NCBI GenBank assembly: GCA_000934665.2
Contig: JYFJ02001981.1
Span: 1 to 64,000 of the forward strand
From: Catajapyx aquilonaris
Taxonomy: Eukaryota
DNA: 64,000 nucleotides
Direction: 5' to 3'
Shown here: one piece after another, positions 59,801-64,000 of the stretch
Numbering within the stretch: position 1 is the first letter of the stretch
Layout: each line of letters starts with the position of its first letter
Position numbers and translations under genes: made by a program
The notes under the pieces: model-generated
Told to the model about the DNA's origin: nothing
Databases searched by the model: none
What the model saw: only the letters and a program-made list of their open reading frames with translations

Positions 59801-60475
59801 GAGCACCAGGCGCGCGCGCGACGACAGGTGGTGCTGATGCTGGGCACCGTGGTGGCCGCCTTCTTCCTCTGCCTCACCCCTTTCAGATGCCTCACTCTCT
59901 GGATCCTCTTCGCACCGCCTCACCATACCCAGGCCCTTAGCGACGAGACCTACTACAACATCCTCTACTTCTGCCGTCTCATGGCCTACCTCAACTCCGC
60001 CATCAACCCCTTGCTGTACAACCTCATGAGCTCCAAGTTTAGAAACGGATTCAGGAAACTCTGCGGAGTGCCAAAGTACGTTGACAAATTGTTTTCCATG
60101 GACAAGTCCATGGAAGTGTGGCCGTACTTTCAATGCAACTAGGGGGTTGTAATTTGTAATGACAAAGAATTGCTCTCCGTTAGACGTGAGAGGGCGTTGC
60201 TCCTTCGTCGGCGCGGTGGCAACAACACGGTGTCACTGACGTCTTCGGCGTGCGGAGGCAGCGGCGGAAGCGGAAGCGCGCTGCTCAGCCGTTCCTCGGA
60301 CGCGTCATGGCGCTCCAGCACCACTGCCTCCACGGACGGGTCCAGGGGATCACTTCGGCACCAGCACTCCCTGCCTTCCACGCCATGTACTCCCCCCTTC
60401 AAAAAGATACATCCTCAGCTGGCCATGGCCAGGTATCTCAGCGGTGTGGGAAGGCATCCCGAGGTCTTCCTCTAA
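56844..60475 (+). CDS. ETHR: Ecdysis-triggering hormone receptor-like class A GPCR (~452 aa; C-terminal half ETHR-A-like)
   Basis: join(56844..57210,59376..60075,60184..60475); phase 1 and phase 2 GT-AG introns preserve the frame. KDMRTSTNIYLINLSLADLLVLLVCTPT, MCKMVPYVEL..HASVLTILAISLERYYAICQPLKASYVCTKGRA, RARRQVVLMLG and LYFCRLMAYLNSAINPLLYNLMSSKFR closely follow arthropod ETHR. Start codon could also be 56882 or 56887-region ATGs in the same frame (ORF shows M...M). Confidence 0.88.
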
Positions 60476-62993
60476 GAATCTGGCACTCCAAGTTCTGACG
60501 TCCAAACATCCATTCCTTTAGAGACCTGATTGCTTCTGCATTCATGATAACAATAATTCTCATACACCGTGTTTTCCTATATAGTATAATTTACAATTCT
60601 CTCATCGTGCTATGTAAAGGCAATGGCATATTTTCTTCCGGCTTTAGTTTCGACGTCATTACTTGCTGCATTTTCATATCAGTAGTAATGGTGCATATCT
60701 TCAGGGATTAAAGATTTCCCAAGTAAGTCGTTGTCGAATTTTATGTCCTACACCAACATCTTCAGCTCCCTGTGTTTATTCAAGCTCAAATCTGGCACAA
60801 TGATTTACCATTACCCTGTAGCTATTGTCAAGGAGGTTTATTCGAAGAGACACACATGGTGCTAGATGATAAATGGGAAGAGGTATATTTTTGGGAGGCA
60901 ATCCAAGCCATTTTGAAAATTTATAAAGCTCTACTATTTACCGTGTTTATTTTATATTGATCCTTTTCACTATGGACCCATGGAAGATAATTATTTTCTG
61001 TACTGAGGTGATTTACTTAGTCAAAAATATTGTACCTTGTCAGTTGATCATGATACTGTTCTTCTACCAGGTACCACTCTATGATTACCCAACTGTTACT
61101 TTCGTGAATTGCAAATTCCACGCCATTTTAAGGGGCACTATTCACCTGGGGAACACCGGGCCCATTATCATCAGAGTCCTACAGTAATTACGTTATAATT
61201 ACGTCCTACTTGGTTTTTTTAAAAATGCTGGGAACGAGGCCTCTCTACCTATTTCCCCGGGATGAAAGGTCCCCTAATGTTGTACATAATTTTTTCTCTG
61301 CAGGTTTTTCCCCTGCTAGAGAAAATGAACCTTACATATACATGTAGCATTTCTATGTGCAAGTCAAGCCTGAGGAGCGACGATCCAGAAAAAAGCAGCT
61401 CATCATTCAAGCTATGAAATGTCCCATTCTGTCAACGAACTCTGTTTGTCCATTCAGTGCGGACGTAACATATAGGTTCTGGGCGCCTCTCCTTCAGGCA
61501 GGTGATTTGTATGTCTCACATATGCGTGAGTGCGAGTGAGCGATAGACTCAGCGTGTGTGAGCGCTGGAACATGTGAAGGGAGGATAAAACTTTGCACAA
61601 ATTGGGATACTCTTCCCTTCAGCATGCTTATTTCCGACTCAGGGCCGTTTGGGATCGATTTGGGAAGTGACGGGGGTGAATGAGCAAAATCCGTACCAAG
61701 TGTACAGTACGTTTTGTACAATACAATGTGATACTTACAATGTATGGGATGGCCCTACGAGCCTTTCTCTTGTATATAACGTATGATATTCACTCTGGCT
61801 ATGGGTTGGTTATTTGGGTGGGTGACTGTCCTTATCCGAAACCATCACCAGGGTGTGACTGCTGTGTTGACTGCTCATTACGTCTAACTGTATATGTATA
61901 TTATCCTCCACTGAACGTGTTGTGTACCGCATATTTTATAGTCTAAACTCTAAACTGTATCTCAGCTGGCAAAAGTGTTGGGATCAGGCTGAGTACGAAT
62001 TGACAATAATATTGTACCTATATATATGAACTTTTCGAATTCAAATGGGATACGGCTCAAGGCCGGATTTCTATTTTTCTGTCAACATTAACGTTTCTAA
62101 AATATGAAATGTGTTTTAAAAATCGATTACCCTTTATATGAAGCTACGCACTGACGAAATCTCTCCGGACCACAATCAAAGAAGATGAGCTTATACCAAG
62201 AGATATACGTACACTATATTTCCATAAACACTTTAAATTCGTGGAAAGCTTAAGCCCTATTACAAACAAGTACTTTTATATGATCGGTATTAACAAATTG
62301 AACTTGTGCAATTTTATGCAAGAGCAATGCTTAACATGGAATTCCGATCGATTACATTCGCACCGATACAACTGGGAATGAGCAGGAATAGTTGCTTACG
62401 CCATCATGCTCATGTCAGCCACATCAACATGCACGAATTACTAGTGTTAAAAAACCTATAACATGGCATAATATCGTCAAACCAACATTGCCAGCTGGGA
62501 TAGACACAATAAATAATTGGAGGAAAACGACGGTTGTTGTACTCTCTGTAACGTTTCTTCCCACATGACTGTATAATATTGTAAGGCCTTCACGCATCTT
62601 CGAGGCGGTCTGATCTGAGATTATAGACGTAATTATGTCTAGTCATGATTGTGACACGTCAGAATCGTCTTGTACATGTAGAGAGCTATAGGGTTAAACG
62701 TAACATTTATGTTCACACATCACAGGCGGTAATAAAAACGCTAGGGCGGAGGCGCGAGAGGAGGCTACACTTGTAAGGTGGTATACGTACGGTCAACTCA
62801 TGCTGTATGATTCATGTATGCGAAGACATGCACATTTTATTTTGTAGAAAAAAAATGCAGGTAGACTTGTTGTTTCTAAGTAAACTTTAACATTATTTTG
62901 TGTTATCAGCAGATCGACAGGTTACTAATTGATGCAGAGAGGTCATAATGTCACGTACTATAGAAGACAAATGCGGAAGGCAAGCTTGTTAAG

Positions 62994-63145
62994 CAAGGGG
63001 GTAATCACTCGACTGAAAAGTGTACACCGGAGTACCAAATTCAAGGAGTACCAAGGAGTACCGAGGAGTACCAAGGAGTACCAAAGGAGTACCGAAGAGT
63101 ACCACTGCAGGTGTACACCGGAGTACCGAAGTGATTACCCCCTTG
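62994..63145. mobile_element. P-element-like MITE (152 bp) with internal 10-bp tandem repeats
   Basis: 15-bp TIR CAAGGGGGTAATCAC / GTGATTACCCCCTTG; 8-bp TSD TTGTTAAG at 62986-62993 and 63146-63153; internal GGAGTACC(A/G)A repeats. Confidence 0.8.
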
Positions 63146-64000
63146 TTGTTAAGAGAAGCCATATAAGCAATCGTTGGCATGAAATAATTTCAATAGCTAT
63201 CTAATTAATAATTACACTTGACTGGAATGTTCATTTCTCTGCACTTTCCTGTATTCAAATATGGATCGTCGGGTGATTTTGCCGGGATATTCTCTATCAC
63301 GTTCTGTATATTGTTAGATGAGATGAGCTTAAAACAGACTATTTTAAAGCGTGCTGTAGTTGTGGTACCGGTATGTAAAGTATGGGCTTAAAATTACGAT
63401 TTCGACGCAATATCCTATTAGCTAAGCTTAAATACCGGTATACTATGCCATTTGACCACATCTCGCCTCTGTCTAATCTAAATCATGTAAAAAATACATT
63501 TCAGATTAATATTTCACAGTGTATGTTCCCTCTATCAAAAGAAGATCTAGTCGATCATTCGCAAAATCATTATTTTTTCGATATCAGCTTTGACACAAAT
63601 ATACAATATCATGCATTTATATGTCACCCACATGAAATCATGCAGTTTGCTAAAAATCAGTTAATGTCACTCTTATCATCTTACACTCATCTGTTTTAGC
63701 GAGCCTATCAAGCTATACGAAGATTCACCCTTTTTCTGTCTCTCCTGACCTGCCTTCGCGTGCTGGACAATAATAAGGCCATTCCGCCCTTGCAGCTCCC
63801 AAAAGTCTCTTTTAAGCACATAACGTACAATACTACATCTACCCTAGCTAATGTGTGAGGGCGTCAGGTTAGTACGTACAGGGGAGGACACTCAACCTTT
63901 CTATCCTCCTCACCCTGTGACCCTTCCTCCAACAGAAAAAAATAGATTAAATGTCTGTTCCATTGCTAACTGCAATTTACAGACCACCACAAATCCTCTC

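Noticed and set aside
2222..60402. Antisense ORFs over transporter and GPCR exons
   Set aside because: Shadows of the sense coding frame; no recognisable domains and inconsistent boundaries.
48570..60475. Functional coupling of the transporter array with ETHR (moult-linked sugar supply)
   Set aside because: Only adjacency supports it; no shared regulatory signal is visible.
63025..63130. Short direct repeats resembling a CRISPR array
   Set aside because: 10-bp contiguous units without unique spacers, inside a TIR/TSD-bounded element in eukaryotic DNA.

Overview
Eukaryotic, intron-containing arthropod genomic DNA; nothing prokaryotic, no CRISPR, no rRNA. Positions ~1.5-52.7 kb hold a tandem array of 11 apparently intact MFS sugar-porter (Tret1/GLUT-like) paralogues, here called T1-T11. 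Each has the same 4 coding exons with intron phases 0-1-0, a 30-39 nt first coding micro-exon that the ORF track misses, and a 472-485 aa product. Ten are on the + strand. T5 is on the - strand as half of a ~3 kb head-to-head inverted duplication with T6, and the inverted arm appears to skip the 6.4 kb segment carrying T7. The paralogues differ most at residues that line the sugar pocket in GLUT-family structures, 10 of 11 lack the normally conserved TM10-11 loop arginine, and T1-T3 look like gene-conversion mosaics. Downstream (56.8-60.5 kb) is a 3-exon ecdysis-triggering hormone receptor (ETHR)-like GPCR that has no intron after TM4, where insect ETHR has its mutually exclusive A/B exons. 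Intergenic and intronic DNA carries tRNA-derived SINEs with clear target-site duplications (one family with exchanged 3' modules), MITEs resembling several DNA-transposon superfamilies including a nested cluster, a degenerate hammerhead-like motif and microsatellites. Exon boundaries were read by eye from GT/AG sites, frame continuity and paralogue comparison. Family assignments come from recalled motifs, not database searches.
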